Assembly (NCBI GenBank): GCA_050250855.1
Contig: JBFWNW010000004.1
Location: 32,001 to 96,000, forward strand
Source of the DNA: Candidatus Babeliales bacterium
GTDB taxonomy: Bacteria > Babelota > Babeliae > Babelales > JACPOV01
DNA: 64,000 nucleotides
Direction of reading: 5' to 3'
The notes beneath the pieces were generated by a model. That model saw only the letters and a list, made by a program, of their open reading frames with translations. It had not been told where the DNA came from and made no database searches. Position numbers and translations under genes: made by a program. This document shows, piece by piece, positions 47,926-57,962 of the stretch (positions are counted from its first letter, which is position 1; every line of letters starts with the position of its first letter).

Positions 47926-49056
47926 TTAAATCTCATCCTGGAGAATTTTAGTGCGATAATCCTGCATTAATTGCACCATAAAGTGGATATTATGCAGGGT
48001 TGCCAGGCTGTAGGCCGTCATTTCTTTAGCTTTAAATAAGTGATGTAAGTAGGCCCTGGTATATTTTGTGCAGACAAAGCAGGTGCATTCTTTATCGATA
48101 GGTTCAAATGAAGTACGGTTAGCGCTGTTCATAATTTTAACAAAACCGTTTCTGGTAAAGAGCAAGCCGTGACGCGCAGAGCGTGTAGGGTGCGAGCAAT
48201 CAAGCGTATCAATGCCAAGTTTTATGCAGGCATCAATAGAAGCAAGGTCGCCAATGCCCAGTAAATGATTTGGTTTATCAGCGGGTAGTTGTGGCATTAA
48301 ATCTTGCAGCATAGTAACCATTTCTTCTTTATTTTTGCCGACACTGCCACCAATAGCAAAACCATCAAAGGGCAATGCGGTCAAAAACTTTGCACTTTCT
48401 GCGCGCAATGCAGGATCTATGCCGCCATGAATTACCGCATACATTGCCTGATTGTTGGGATTTTTAAGATGATGTTCTAATGAACGCTGTTCCCAGCGAT
48501 GCGTGCGGTCTAATGATTTTTTTAATGCTTTTGGATCAATGTGATAAGGCGGTAATTCATCAAAAGGGATGATAATATCAGCACCCAAATCTTTTTGCGC
48601 TTGAACAGAAGTTTCCGGTGTCAGTAATACTGGGCTTCCATCGCGGTAAGAGCGAAACAGTACCCCGTCTTCATCTATTTTGAGCACGGAATTGTCATAT
48701 TTTTTTTGCCCTTTGCTTTTCAGCTCATTGGCAACACCGCCGTAAGCAAGACTAAAAACCTGAAAGCCGCCTGAATCGGTAATAATAGGTTGGTTGCGAT
48801 TGATAAATTTATGGAGCCCCCCAGCTTGTTTAATAACCTCAGTACCGGGTTGCAGCATTAAGTGGTACGTATTGCAAAACATAAGCTGCAAACCAAGATC
48901 ATCTGCCGTAACGCTATCAAGCGCTTTAAGCGTTGCATTGGTGCCAACAGCTACAAAGTTTGGCGTGTCAATAATGCCGTGTGGCGTATGAATGCGGCCA
49001 ACACGGGCTTTTGATTTTTTTGATTGATGGATGAGCTCAAACTTAAAGTTTTTCAT
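47926..49056 (-). CDS. tgt: tRNA-guanine transglycosylase (Chlamydia-like)
   Basis: NTYHL, TDSGGFQVFSL, HLLGIG, CTCFVC, HN. Confidence 0.97.
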   Translation of the reverse strand: MKNFKFELIHQSKKSKARVGRIHTPHGIIDTPNFVAVGTNATLKALDSVTADDLGLQLMFCNTYHLMLQPGTEVIKQAGGLHKFINRNQPIITDSGGFQVFSLAYGGVANELKSKGQKKYDNSVLKIDEDGVLFRSYRDGSPVLLTPETSVQAQKDLGADIIIPFDELPPYHIDPKALKKSLDRTHRWEQRSLEHHLKNPNNQAMYAVIHGGIDPALRAESAKFLTALPFDGFAIGGSVGKNKEEMVTMLQDLMPQLPADKPNHLLGIGDLASIDACIKLGIDTLDCSHPTRSARHGLLFTRNGFVKIMNSANRTSFEPIDKECTCFVCTKYTRAYLHHLFKAKEMTAYSLATLHNIHFMVQLMQDYRTKILQDEI

Positions 49057-49717
49057 GATCTTTTTTCATATAAAATGTTGCAACGGCCGTAAGGGGAGAG
49101 GCAATAATAATACTGATTATTTTTATACTGTAGCTGACCAGCACAATGTGCCACATATTATTTACCATACCATAAAGCCCTAAAAAGCTGAAGAGCAGCG
49201 TATCGAGTAATTGCGAACAGCTCATGGTTGCAAAATTACGGGCAACTACATAATGCCCCTCATAATAGGCTTTGAGCTTTGCATAGAGATAATTTTCAAA
49301 GCTTGAAGAAATAAAGTAAGAAATCAGTGATGCAGCAATAATACGCGGGGTAGCGGCAAAAATAAGGGCAAAATGTTCATGCATAGTATCATACATATTC
49401 GGTATATACCAGAGATGCAATGTTGCCAACATTCCTACAAACAGAGAGCTATAAAGAGCAGTAGTAAGTGCGCGTTGTGCTGCCTGTTTGCCACAATATT
49501 CATTGAGCAGATTGAGCGCAAGAACGCTGCCAGTAATAAAAGCATCAGTACCCGTTACATTGAACCCAAAAAGATCAATTTGTTTAGTGACCAGTATATT
49601 GGCCATGACAAACGTGAGGCTGACAAAGACGGTAAGCGCCTGTTTGCCTAAATACGCAGCACCAAGAGCAGCTAACGCAATAAGAGTTGTGTGCAGGATA
49701 AAAATAAGTTCGTTCAT
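49043..49717 (-). CDS. yhhQ: Queuosine precursor transporter (YhhQ/Vut_1 family)
   Basis: ANILVTK, LNEYCG, PRIIAAS, RN..SQLLDT; overlaps tgt start. Confidence 0.88.
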   Translation of the reverse strand: MNELIFILHTTLIALAALGAAYLGKQALTVFVSLTFVMANILVTKQIDLFGFNVTGTDAFITGSVLALNLLNEYCGKQAAQRALTTALYSSLFVGMLATLHLWYIPNMYDTMHEHFALIFAATPRIIAASLISYFISSSFENYLYAKLKAYYEGHYVVARNFATMSCSQLLDTLLFSFLGLYGMVNNMWHIVLVSYSIKIISIIIASPLTAVATFYMKKDHEKL

Positions 49718-49725
49718 AGTTTAGA

Positions 49726-50511
49726 TTAAAGGGCTAAGAAAAAGGTAATATAAAAACCTATATGAGCGCTAATTTGAGAAAGAAAGCTTTTATCATTTTC
49801 TTTGAATGATTTTAGAGCCTGCTCAAAGTAAGAAGCTTGTGAATAAGGTTCAAGAATACGATCTAAACATTTACGAAAATCTTTAACTTTAAGTGCCCCT
49901 AGTTTTCCTATATAAGCATTGATAGTTTCTTTGCGATCTTTGATTATTTCTTTTAAATCATCAGGGGTTAGTTCTTGAGGCTGCAGAGAATTCCAAGGAT
50001 TAGCAAGAGCTTCTTGTAACTGTTCTTTAATAATTGAGTCAATTTGTTTAATAAGAGGGCTCAGAAGGGGCAGTTTTTTTTGTTCTTTTTTTAAGAAACT
50101 ATTAATATTTTGAGCAGTATTGTAGAGGGACTCTTCAATATTTTCTTTAAAAAGATCTATAGCATTAAATTTTTCAACTTCTTCGATATTATTATCTTTT
50201 TGTTGTTGTAGGATGAGCGCGCAGGTTGATCCATAGTCTACATTAATCATGAGAGCCATAGTATAAAAATGCCTGAATACATCAAGTATAAATAATCTTC
50301 CTTCTTGCTGGAGTTTGTCAATTTTAGCCTGATCGGTGCCTACATTATTAATGATTTTTTCAAATTCTATACATATTTTTTCAGCATAGATGTCATTAGC
50401 TGAAAGATTTATTTTTTCAAGAAAATTCGGTACCACATCATAATACCAAGTCCCATTGCCGCCGGCTTGAAGTGATGTCGCAATAAAAAGTACAGCTAGA
50501 ATTTTTTTCAT
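49726..50511 (-). CDS. Secreted helical hypothetical protein
   Basis: GGAG before ATG 50511; signal ...SLQA. Confidence 0.75.
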   Translation of the reverse strand: MKKILAVLFIATSLQAGGNGTWYYDVVPNFLEKINLSANDIYAEKICIEFEKIINNVGTDQAKIDKLQQEGRLFILDVFRHFYTMALMINVDYGSTCALILQQQKDNNIEEVEKFNAIDLFKENIEESLYNTAQNINSFLKKEQKKLPLLSPLIKQIDSIIKEQLQEALANPWNSLQPQELTPDDLKEIIKDRKETINAYIGKLGALKVKDFRKCLDRILEPYSQASYFEQALKSFKENDKSFLSQISAHIGFYITFFLAL

Positions 50512-50707
50512 GAAATACTCCATTGTTTTTAAATAAAGAATGCTACTAATGCTATAATAGTTGCATTTTTAGGCAGCAATGTCAAAGGGATGCTTGATTG
50601 AATGGTGTTTTTGGTCTTATGTTTGAGTCCTAGGGGGTTGTTGACAAGGTATTTGTTTGAATTATGCTGTAGGTGTGTGTTATGAGTTATTTTAAATAGG
50701 GGTTCTT

Positions 50708-51220
50708 ATGTCTAAAAAGATGTTTTTTATAGGTTTAATAGTGCTAGCTGCAGGGAGTATGCAGGCAGGAAATATGTTGAGTTTTTTACCTGAGCAGTCA
50801 GTGCTTCGTTCATATTGCCAAGCCCATCCTTATAGTAAAAATACGTATGCAGTTGTGCAATTTTTCAAAAGGATAGAAAAGGCTTTGTCTCAAATGCTTT
50901 TAAGAAATGACCTTTACGCACTCGTTGAACAAAAAGAAAAGCAGCTTAAGCAATTAGAAGAAGGTAAAGAAGAAGCTTTAGCGATTAGGCAAGACCTGCT
51001 AGAGCTCTATGCACAGATAGAAAAAATAAATAATCAGGTAGAGCTTGTTGTGCAAGGTAGATTTTCTGAACTTGATGAGTTAGAAAAAGTTATAGAAAGC
51101 ATAGTACAAGATGATTCTCTATGGGAGCAAGAATCTAGTTATTTAACAGAAGCTCTTATACAATATGATGAAAGCTTACAAAAAGATAAAGAAGCTACTT
51201 TAGCAAAGGGTACTCTTTAA
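50708..51220 (+). CDS. Secreted coiled-coil hypothetical protein
   Basis: Signal ...SMQA; heptad-rich. Confidence 0.7.
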   Translation: MSKKMFFIGLIVLAAGSMQAGNMLSFLPEQSVLRSYCQAHPYSKNTYAVVQFFKRIEKALSQMLLRNDLYALVEQKEKQLKQLEEGKEEALAIRQDLLELYAQIEKINNQVELVVQGRFSELDELEKVIESIVQDDSLWEQESSYLTEALIQYDESLQKDKEATLAKGTL

Positions 51221-52178
51221 ATCCCACTAACCTGCATTCTGGTTGGGGCAAAATGCCAAACTGGTCAAAAACAAGCTTTTGCATAGTACGGGCAAGTTGA
51301 ATAATATCAGCACTCGTTGCATTACCGCGATTGACAAGCATATTAGCATGTTGATGGGAAACGGTAGCGCCGCCTACTTGCAAGGCGCCTTTTACCCCAA
51401 TTTTATCAAGGTAATACGCCACGTAGATCATTTTTTTTCCATTACTCTCAAGCGTCACTTCATGTTCATGGAAATTTCTAAAAAAACTACCGCAAGTTCC
51501 TTTTTGCGGATAGCGAGCAGCACGGTGCCGGATGATTTCTTTTTTGCGCCCACGGGCGTAGGCAATTTCTTCAGGGTTTATTTTTTTTAGCTTAAAGGTT
51601 GCACTCAGAAGAAAATGATTTTCCTTGAGCAGAGTTGATTGATTGTAGCCAAAATCAAACCATGAAGGATCAACAGTTTTTATGACGCCGGTATCTTTTT
51701 CAATAATCTGTGCAGAAACTAAAAACTGATCTAATAAAAATTCAAAATAATGAAGATTAATATACACAGCGCCGCCAACCGTGCCAGGAATGCCACTAAA
51801 CTCTTCAAGTCCGCTTAAGTTATGCGCAAGGCAATATTCAATAAGATCATCAAGCTGCACGCCAGCACCGGCAGTAAGCAGTTCATATTGTTGGTCCCAC
51901 GGTTCTTGCACGAGTGCAGTAAGTTTTGGCCGAATAACAAGGCCATCAAACCCTTCATCGGCAATTAAAATATTGGCACCAGCACCAAGAATAAAAAGAA
52001 GAAGTTTATGCTCGTTTGCAAATTGCAACGCTTGCTGAAACTCTTGCGGCGTCGTTGGCTCACAAAAAAATTTTGCTGCACCACCTGTTGCAAACCAGTT
52101 TTTGTCAGCAAGAGAGATATTTTGTTGTATTATTGCGGGGATGGAAGTTGTATTTTTTGATGATTCTGCTCTGAGCAT
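51195..52178 (-). CDS. murB: UDP-N-acetylmuramate dehydrogenase
   Basis: GGAA, LGAGANIL, GIPGTVGGA, CGSFFRN, HANMLVN. Confidence 0.95.
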   Translation of the reverse strand: MLRAESSKNTTSIPAIIQQNISLADKNWFATGGAAKFFCEPTTPQEFQQALQFANEHKLLLFILGAGANILIADEGFDGLVIRPKLTALVQEPWDQQYELLTAGAGVQLDDLIEYCLAHNLSGLEEFSGIPGTVGGAVYINLHYFEFLLDQFLVSAQIIEKDTGVIKTVDPSWFDFGYNQSTLLKENHFLLSATFKLKKINPEEIAYARGRKKEIIRHRAARYPQKGTCGSFFRNFHEHEVTLESNGKKMIYVAYYLDKIGVKGALQVGGATVSHQHANMLVNRGNATSADIIQLARTMQKLVFDQFGILPQPECRLVGFKEYPLLK

Positions 52179-52199
52179 CTATAGTCCTTTTTTAAAGGA

Positions 52200-52350
52200 G
52201 TTCGCACCCTTCGACAGGCTCCCAGACTTCGCACAATGCTACGTCGGGCATGGCAGGGCGAACGGAAAAAAATATTTGCATTAAACCGTTCGTGGTGAGG
52301 AGTCCGGCGTAGTTTTTAACGAAAGCCAGGACGTCTCGAATCCATGAACG
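52200..52350. repeat. Hybrid family A/B REP-like doublet with two nested modules
   Basis: A arm interrupted at gct^cag by 52221-52253; B arm carries ccggcgtag..gaaagccagg. Confidence 0.85.
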
Positions 52351-52356
52351 TCAAAA

Positions 52357-53277
52357 TTACTTACCAACCTCGCATGATGTTTTTGCCGGCAAGGTGCGTA
52401 CAACAACTTCTTGTTGCGCTACGCGTTCTTGGCAATCAGTGCTGCAGGTGTTGCCACTTTTTTCAAGGCACGGTGCGCATGCAGTAAACTGCTTATTGCA
52501 GAATGCATTGATGCAGTTGGTGTATTCATCACACGGCTCATTGCACAGTTCACAATGACTCAAAACATCATTGTTTACTTTCATGGCAATGCGGCCATCA
52601 AAGACGTAATTTTTGCCACGGAAAAAGCCGTCAGGAAACTTTTCTACATAGCGATGAATGCCACCTTCAATTTGGTATACTTCTTTTGCTACATTTTTTA
52701 ATTTAAGAAGTGCAGAAGCGCGTTCACAGCGAATGCCGCCCGTGCAGTACATTAAAACTTGCTTGTCTTTAAAAAGATCCAAGTTTTTTTCGACGTACTC
52801 AGGGAACTCTCTGAATGTTTCAATATCAGGAACGATAGCATTTTCAAACTTACCGATTTTTGCCTCAAACGCATTGCGCGCATCAAGGATAACTAAATCT
52901 TCAGGCTTTTGGGCAATCAGTTCATGTGTTTGTTCAGGCGTTAAATGCTTGCCGCCATGTTCAGGGGTAAGCTCTCGTGGGTCAATGCCCAAGCGGACTA
53001 CCTCAGGGCGTACCTTAACTTTGAGTTTAGGAAAACAATCAGCATTGGCCATGCTTTCTTTATAGTCAACATCAGCAAACAGTTCATGCGCTTTCATAAT
53101 TGCTACGTATTGGTCTGCCGCTTCTAGCGCGCCGCCAACGGTGCCATTGATGCCTTCATGGGCAATCAAAATACGGCCCTTAAGGCCTAGCTTTTCGCAC
53201 AGTTCACGCTGCCAGTCACGCAGTGCTTCTGGATTTTTGATTTCGATGTATTTGTAAAAAAGTATAATTTTATTCAT
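52357..53277 (-). CDS. trhO: Rhodanese-related tRNA U34 hydroxylase (YceA/TrhO family)
   Basis: LFYKY, GRILIAHEGINGT, YCTGGIRCE, GKNYVFD. Confidence 0.9.
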   Translation of the reverse strand: MNKIILFYKYIEIKNPEALRDWQRELCEKLGLKGRILIAHEGINGTVGGALEAADQYVAIMKAHELFADVDYKESMANADCFPKLKVKVRPEVVRLGIDPRELTPEHGGKHLTPEQTHELIAQKPEDLVILDARNAFEAKIGKFENAIVPDIETFREFPEYVEKNLDLFKDKQVLMYCTGGIRCERASALLKLKNVAKEVYQIEGGIHRYVEKFPDGFFRGKNYVFDGRIAMKVNNDVLSHCELCNEPCDEYTNCINAFCNKQFTACAPCLEKSGNTCSTDCQERVAQQEVVVRTLPAKTSCEVGK

Positions 53278-53316
53278 AGTACCTGTACTATAGCAAAAAA
53301 AATGGCTTTTGTACAT

Positions 53317-53348
53317 AAAAAGTCCCCGGCTTTTGATGGCCGGGGCTG
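53317..53348 (-). terminator. Intrinsic terminator (homologous to 54156-54190)
   Basis: ccccggc-ttttgatg-gccgggg stem, T-run on minus strand. Confidence 0.8.
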
Positions 53349-53381
53349 TAGAATCAAAAAATTAAACTTATGATTGTCTAT

Positions 53382-54026
53382 CTATTTTTGGTTTTCAAGA
53401 TCTGCAGCAATATCCAATATTGCATCGATAAGTTCTAGAACTTGTTCTTTGAGTTGGGCTACAGCAGGAGAATAATCAGGAATATGTTTAACTAGGTTCT
53501 TGCTTATTTCGAGCATTTCAATCTCTTTATGGTTACGAACTATTTGATTGAGTAGGGGGCTGCTAATGATCATACCTAACTGCATATGAAAGCCTTTTAA
53601 ATAATTTATAGCCTTTTTTTCGTTTGGAAAGAGATCTTTTGCAGCGTTTTGGTTTATCTCGGATAGGAATTCTTCTTTAGCTTTAGCCACTTTTGTTTTG
53701 CATTCTTCCTTAGACTCTCGATCTATAAAAATTTTTTTTAGTCTTTTTACTTCCCTAGAACCATGATCGGGTATGTTTTTTAGTTCTAAAAGCATGTATT
53801 GAGAAGGAAATGCTTCACAAGGAGCATCATTAAACACAATATTGGCAGCTTCAATGATTTTTAGATGTATATTGACTCTTTCTTCTCTTAATTTCAGAAT
53901 AGAATCATCTTTTGTTGGATATAGTATTTTAGCGCGTTCTATTTCTCCAGAAGCAAAAAGATCGTTTGAGCCTTTAAGCTGAAAAGCTATACAAAGCAGG
54001 GCAAGAGAAAAAATCTGTTTTTTCAT
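53382..54026 (-). CDS. Secreted hypothetical protein
   Basis: MKKQIFSLALL leader. Confidence 0.75.
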   Translation of the reverse strand: MKKQIFSLALLCIAFQLKGSNDLFASGEIERAKILYPTKDDSILKLREERVNIHLKIIEAANIVFNDAPCEAFPSQYMLLELKNIPDHGSREVKRLKKIFIDRESKEECKTKVAKAKEEFLSEINQNAAKDLFPNEKKAINYLKGFHMQLGMIISSPLLNQIVRNHKEIEMLEISKNLVKHIPDYSPAVAQLKEQVLELIDAILDIAADLENQK

Positions 54027-54155
54027 AAGAAGCCTTTATGTAACAGTGGTTTTGTAAAGTATTGTACTATGACCAAAATATCATTTTTTTTTTTTATATC
54101 AAGTAAAAGTTTTTTGGATAGTATGTGCTAATTGGCATTTTAGAGAATTGGGGTA

Positions 54156-54190
54156 TAAAAATACCCCGGCTTTTGAGGGCCGGGGGTGTG
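54156..54190 (-). terminator. Intrinsic terminator
   Basis: ccccggc-ttttgagg-gccgggg stem. Confidence 0.8.
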
Positions 54191-54206
54191 TTTTTCTAAG
54201 CGGCAG

Positions 54207-54767
54207 TTATTTTATTCCTTGGCCAACATCTGCAATTGTACTACGTAGCTTTAAAAATTCTTTCCACAAAAATGCATTAAGATCTTCTTCTTCAGGAAAC
54301 TGTTTTACAATTTCTGGATGTTCCTCAATATAACGATTTTTGAATACTAAAAATTTTTCAGCAAATTTTTGCTGTAAGCACTCATTTTGCGAGGGGTATG
54401 GTTTTAGTTTACTCGCCAATTTTTTAGCGTCAGCCATGAGTGTTTTTGCGACTTCCTTTTTGATCATATTGTCTTTTGAAAGAATAGGAAATGTATCAAG
54501 TCTATTAATAGTACTATCTATTTTATCTATCGAGCGTTGAAAGCTAGCAATTTCTTTTTCTGATAATGAGCTATAGCTTAATGAACCACATGTTTTGTAT
54601 TTTTGATAGTTATGAGAGGTTTTTGCTAAAGGCTCGATATTTTTTCTGAGTATATAAGAACTTTCTAGCGCTACATTGTGTGCATTATCAATGGATGATT
54701 CTAGACTAAAAATATTGTCCGAGTAACACGTTATAAGGAGTGCAAGCGCTAAAATCTGTTTTTTCAT
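54207..54767 (-). CDS. Secreted hypothetical protein
   Basis: MKKQILALALL leader. Confidence 0.75.
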   Translation of the reverse strand: MKKQILALALLITCYSDNIFSLESSIDNAHNVALESSYILRKNIEPLAKTSHNYQKYKTCGSLSYSSLSEKEIASFQRSIDKIDSTINRLDTFPILSKDNMIKKEVAKTLMADAKKLASKLKPYPSQNECLQQKFAEKFLVFKNRYIEEHPEIVKQFPEEEDLNAFLWKEFLKLRSTIADVGQGIK

Positions 54768-54934
54768 AAAAAACCTTTATGCTGTAATGATTTTGTAAAA
54801 TAGTATCAGTTAACAATGCCATTTTTTATAGTTTCTGCAACTAAAATATTCTTTGGCTTTTAGGCTCGTTGCAGCTTTTTCTTTTTTCTCTTACACTAAA
54901 GCAATATAAAGTTACAGATAAAAAGGTTTTTTCA

Positions 54935-57274
54935 ATGAAATTATCACTTTCATGGATATTTGATCATATTGTTGGTTCATGGCACAAGCAGGATATTCCG
55001 GCGCTCGTGCAAAAGTTTAACCAAACAACGGCAGAAATTGAGAGCTTTAAAAAGGTTACGCTCCCGCTGCAAGAGCTCTTTTTAGTGCGCGTAGTGCGCA
55101 ATGAAGAGCAAGCAACTCTTGCTAGCTGCCCTGAATTAAAGCAAGAATTAAGTTTACCGCAGCGTCCCGGGGCTCTTGTTGGTGCTGTTTATATGATAAG
55201 AAAAACGGCAAAAAATTTCCGTTGGGCAGAGCTTGCAGATCTTTTTTCAGCAAAAGAGGGATTGGTTCCTGCGCTTTCTTGTGCAGAAGATGAGCTTGCT
55301 GGTGGTTGGAAAAAAAGTATAGAAGCAGAAGATTACATTTTTGAGCTTGATAATAAATCAATTACCAATCGTCCTGATTTGTGGGGCCACCGTGGTGTTG
55401 CGCGTGAAATTGCAGCACTTTTGCAGCTTACGCTTAAAGATGAAAAAGATTTTTTGGCCGATATTCCTGAAAAGCAGTATGAAAAATCTGCTGCAGCAAC
55501 AAAAACAGATCCCTTCAGTACAGAGATTCATGATAGTGCCGCAGCGCCACGTTTTGCAACCTTATACGTGAGTGATGTTGCATATCGAGCTTCATGGCTT
55601 TGGATGGCGTGCCGCCTTGCGCGTGTTGATGCGCGTCCTATTGATGCCATTGTTGACCTGACGAATTATGTAATGCTTGATTTAAGTGAGCCGATGCATG
55701 CTTTTGATGCTGCAAAAATTGGCACTAAAACGATTGGGCCACGTTTTGCACAGCAAGGACAAAAACTTACGTTGCTTGATGGGCAAACTATTGAGCTTAC
55801 TAAGCATGATCTTGTTATTAGTGATGGCAAAGAGGCACTTGCTTTAGCAGGCATTATGGGTGGGCTTGCAACGGCCGTAACGCCAACAACAACATCACTT
55901 CTTTTAGAGGCTGCATGTTTTGATGCTGGCACTATTAGAAAAAGTTCCCAGCAGTTTCATATTCGAACAGAAGCATCTGCTCGTTTTGAAAAAAGTTTGG
56001 ATCCTAATCAAAATGTTGCTGCATTACGGCGCTTTGTGCATTTAGCGCATGCTGAAAAACTTCCTATGGTGGTTGCAGAACATATAGTTTCTTTAGGAAA
56101 ACCGGCACAACCAAAAGTTATAGAACTGTCTCAGGATTTTATTGAAAGCCGTATTGGCACTGTACTACAACAAGATTTTATTATTAAAACATTGCAAGAA
56201 CTTGGCTTTAGTGTTGAGCACCTTAAAAAAGATGGCGTATCGCTGTATCGCGTTACCGTGCCGACGTTCCGCGCAAGCAAAGATATTACTATTAAAGAAG
56301 ATATCGTAGAAGAAATAGCACGCTTTTTTGGGTATGATAACATTCCATTAGTGGTGCCCTCATTGCCAATCAAGCCATCAGATAACAGTGCTGTTTATAT
56401 AACGCGCACTATCAAAGAGATTTGTGCTTTCGGTATGCAAGCACATGAACAACAAAATTATGCTTTGTATGATGAGCAGTTTTTGCAGGAGCTTTCGTGG
56501 CAGCCAGCTAATGCAGCACGCTTAAAAAATCCTCTTTCTGAGCATTGGCAGCGTTTGGTCACGTCGCTTATTCCTCATCTTGTTAAAAATATTAAAGATA
56601 ATGTAGTGCACCAGGATGATCTGCGCTTTTTTGAAATCAATAAAATATGGTCTGAGGATAAAAAAGATATTACTGAGCAAACTTCATTGGCCGGTATTTT
56701 TTATGAAAAAAAGAAAGCGGTTGATTTCTATCAAGCAAAAGAGTGTTTAACAGCATTGTTTCAAGCACTGGGCATTACTGCTTCTTGGCAGAAAAAAGTA
56801 AAGCCAGAGCAACCATGGTATCACCCGTATCAAACGGCCGTATTGTATGCTGATGATGTATTGCTTGGTTATGCCGGGATGCTTAATACTGGATTTACGA
56901 TGAACGTTTTAGAAGGGGATGCATTTTTATTTGAGCTTGATATGCAAGCATTACTTACCTTAGCGCGTAAAAATAGTCACAAACAATTTAAGCCGTTGCC
57001 AAAATTTCCAGGAACATCATTAGATGTGAGTATGTTTGTGCCACTTTCAGTAACAGTTGGTAATCTTACGCAAATAATTCAGGATGCTGATAAGCGTATT
57101 ACCTCTGTCGCGCTGGTTGATTTTTTCCACAAAGAAGAGTGGGGCGATAAAAAATCTATCACTATGCGTTTTGAAGCATGCGATCCGGATAAAACATTAA
57201 GTAAAGAAGATATTGACGCGCTTTATGCACAGGTTCTTGCTGCGCTTAAAAAAGTTCATGCGGTTGTGCGATGA
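54935..57274 (+). CDS. pheT: Phenylalanine-tRNA ligase beta subunit
   Basis: [50 protein letters not shown] tail. Confidence 0.95.
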   Translation: MKLSLSWIFDHIVGSWHKQDIPALVQKFNQTTAEIESFKKVTLPLQELFLVRVVRNEEQATLASCPELKQELSLPQRPGALVGAVYMIRKTAKNFRWAELADLFSAKEGLVPALSCAEDELAGGWKKSIEAEDYIFELDNKSITNRPDLWGHRGVAREIAALLQLTLKDEKDFLADIPEKQYEKSAAATKTDPFSTEIHDSAAAPRFATLYVSDVAYRASWLWMACRLARVDARPIDAIVDLTNYVMLDLSEPMHAFDAAKIGTKTIGPRFAQQGQKLTLLDGQTIELTKHDLVISDGKEALALAGIMGGLATAVTPTTTSLLLEAACFDAGTIRKSSQQFHIRTEASARFEKSLDPNQNVAALRRFVHLAHAEKLPMVVAEHIVSLGKPAQPKVIELSQDFIESRIGTVLQQDFIIKTLQELGFSVEHLKKDGVSLYRVTVPTFRASKDITIKEDIVEEIARFFGYDNIPLVVPSLPIKPSDNSAVYITRTIKEICAFGMQAHEQQNYALYDEQFLQELSWQPANAARLKNPLSEHWQRLVTSLIPHLVKNIKDNVVHQDDLRFFEINKIWSEDKKDITEQTSLAGIFYEKKKAVDFYQAKECLTALFQALGITASWQKKVKPEQPWYHPYQTAVLYADDVLLGYAGMLNTGFTMNVLEGDAFLFELDMQALLTLARKNSHKQFKPLPKFPGTSLDVSMFVPLSVTVGNLTQIIQDADKRITSVALVDFFHKEEWGDKKSITMRFEACDPDKTLSKEDIDALYAQVLAALKKVHAVVR

Positions 57275-57765
57275 AAAAATTAGTTTCATCCTTGAGCGTA
57301 TTCAGTCTTGTATTGTTTTTGGATCGTGTAACAAAGTATTGGGCGTATCACTACGCGCAGCATACTATTGCTATTAATAAGTTTTTTTCTTTATCACTTA
57401 CGTTTAATCGTGGCATTTCATGGGGTATTGGCAATGGGGCATCTTCAGCAACCTTTGTACTAATATCCTGTATGGTTGCGATTCTTTGCAGCTCATTTGG
57501 TTACTATATGGTACAGCGCTATCAAGAAGGAAGCTCTATAGTGCCTGAGCTTTGTATTTTTGCTGGCGGTATTTCTAATGTTATAGATCGTGTTTGGTAT
57601 CATGGCGTTATTGATTTTATTGAGCTTCATTATGGCGCGTGGTATTGGCCATCTTTTAATGTTGCAGATATGGCGATTGTTATTGGTGTTGTGATTTTGA
57701 TGGTTAAGATGTTAATACCCGTTTACGGCGAAAATTTTTCAAAGAAAAATATATCGAATTTGTGA
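57271..57765 (+). CDS. lspA: Signal peptidase II
   Basis: [28 protein letters not shown]. Confidence 0.95.
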   Translation: MKKLVSSLSVFSLVLFLDRVTKYWAYHYAQHTIAINKFFSLSLTFNRGISWGIGNGASSATFVLISCMVAILCSSFGYYMVQRYQEGSSIVPELCIFAGGISNVIDRVWYHGVIDFIELHYGAWYWPSFNVADMAIVIGVVILMVKMLIPVYGENFSKKNISNL

Positions 57766-57777
57766 GTTAATTATTTT

Positions 57778-57912
57778 CCGTTCGTGGTGAGGAGCAAACT
57801 TATTTAGTTTGCGTCTCGAACCATACGGAATCCTGAAAAAATATATAATTTTTTAATTTTGAGTTCGAATGGTTCGAGACGTTTTTCTTCGAAAAACCCT
57901 CACCACGAACGG
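57778..57912. repeat. REP-like palindromic doublet, family B
   Basis: Near reverse complement of 10556-10696. Confidence 0.9.
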
Positions 57913-57962
57913 GATATATAACTTTAGCAAATATTGTTCTTAGGCAGAATTTACGTTAATTT

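Noticed and set aside
49718..49790. preQ1 riboswitch upstream of yhhQ
   Set aside because: The intergenic gap is only 8 nt and no preQ1-I hairpin with an A-rich tail was found.
44547..51220. Convergent 3' overlaps (mraY/permease 44 nt; murB/orphan 26 nt)
   Set aside because: Common in compact genomes; no further signal.
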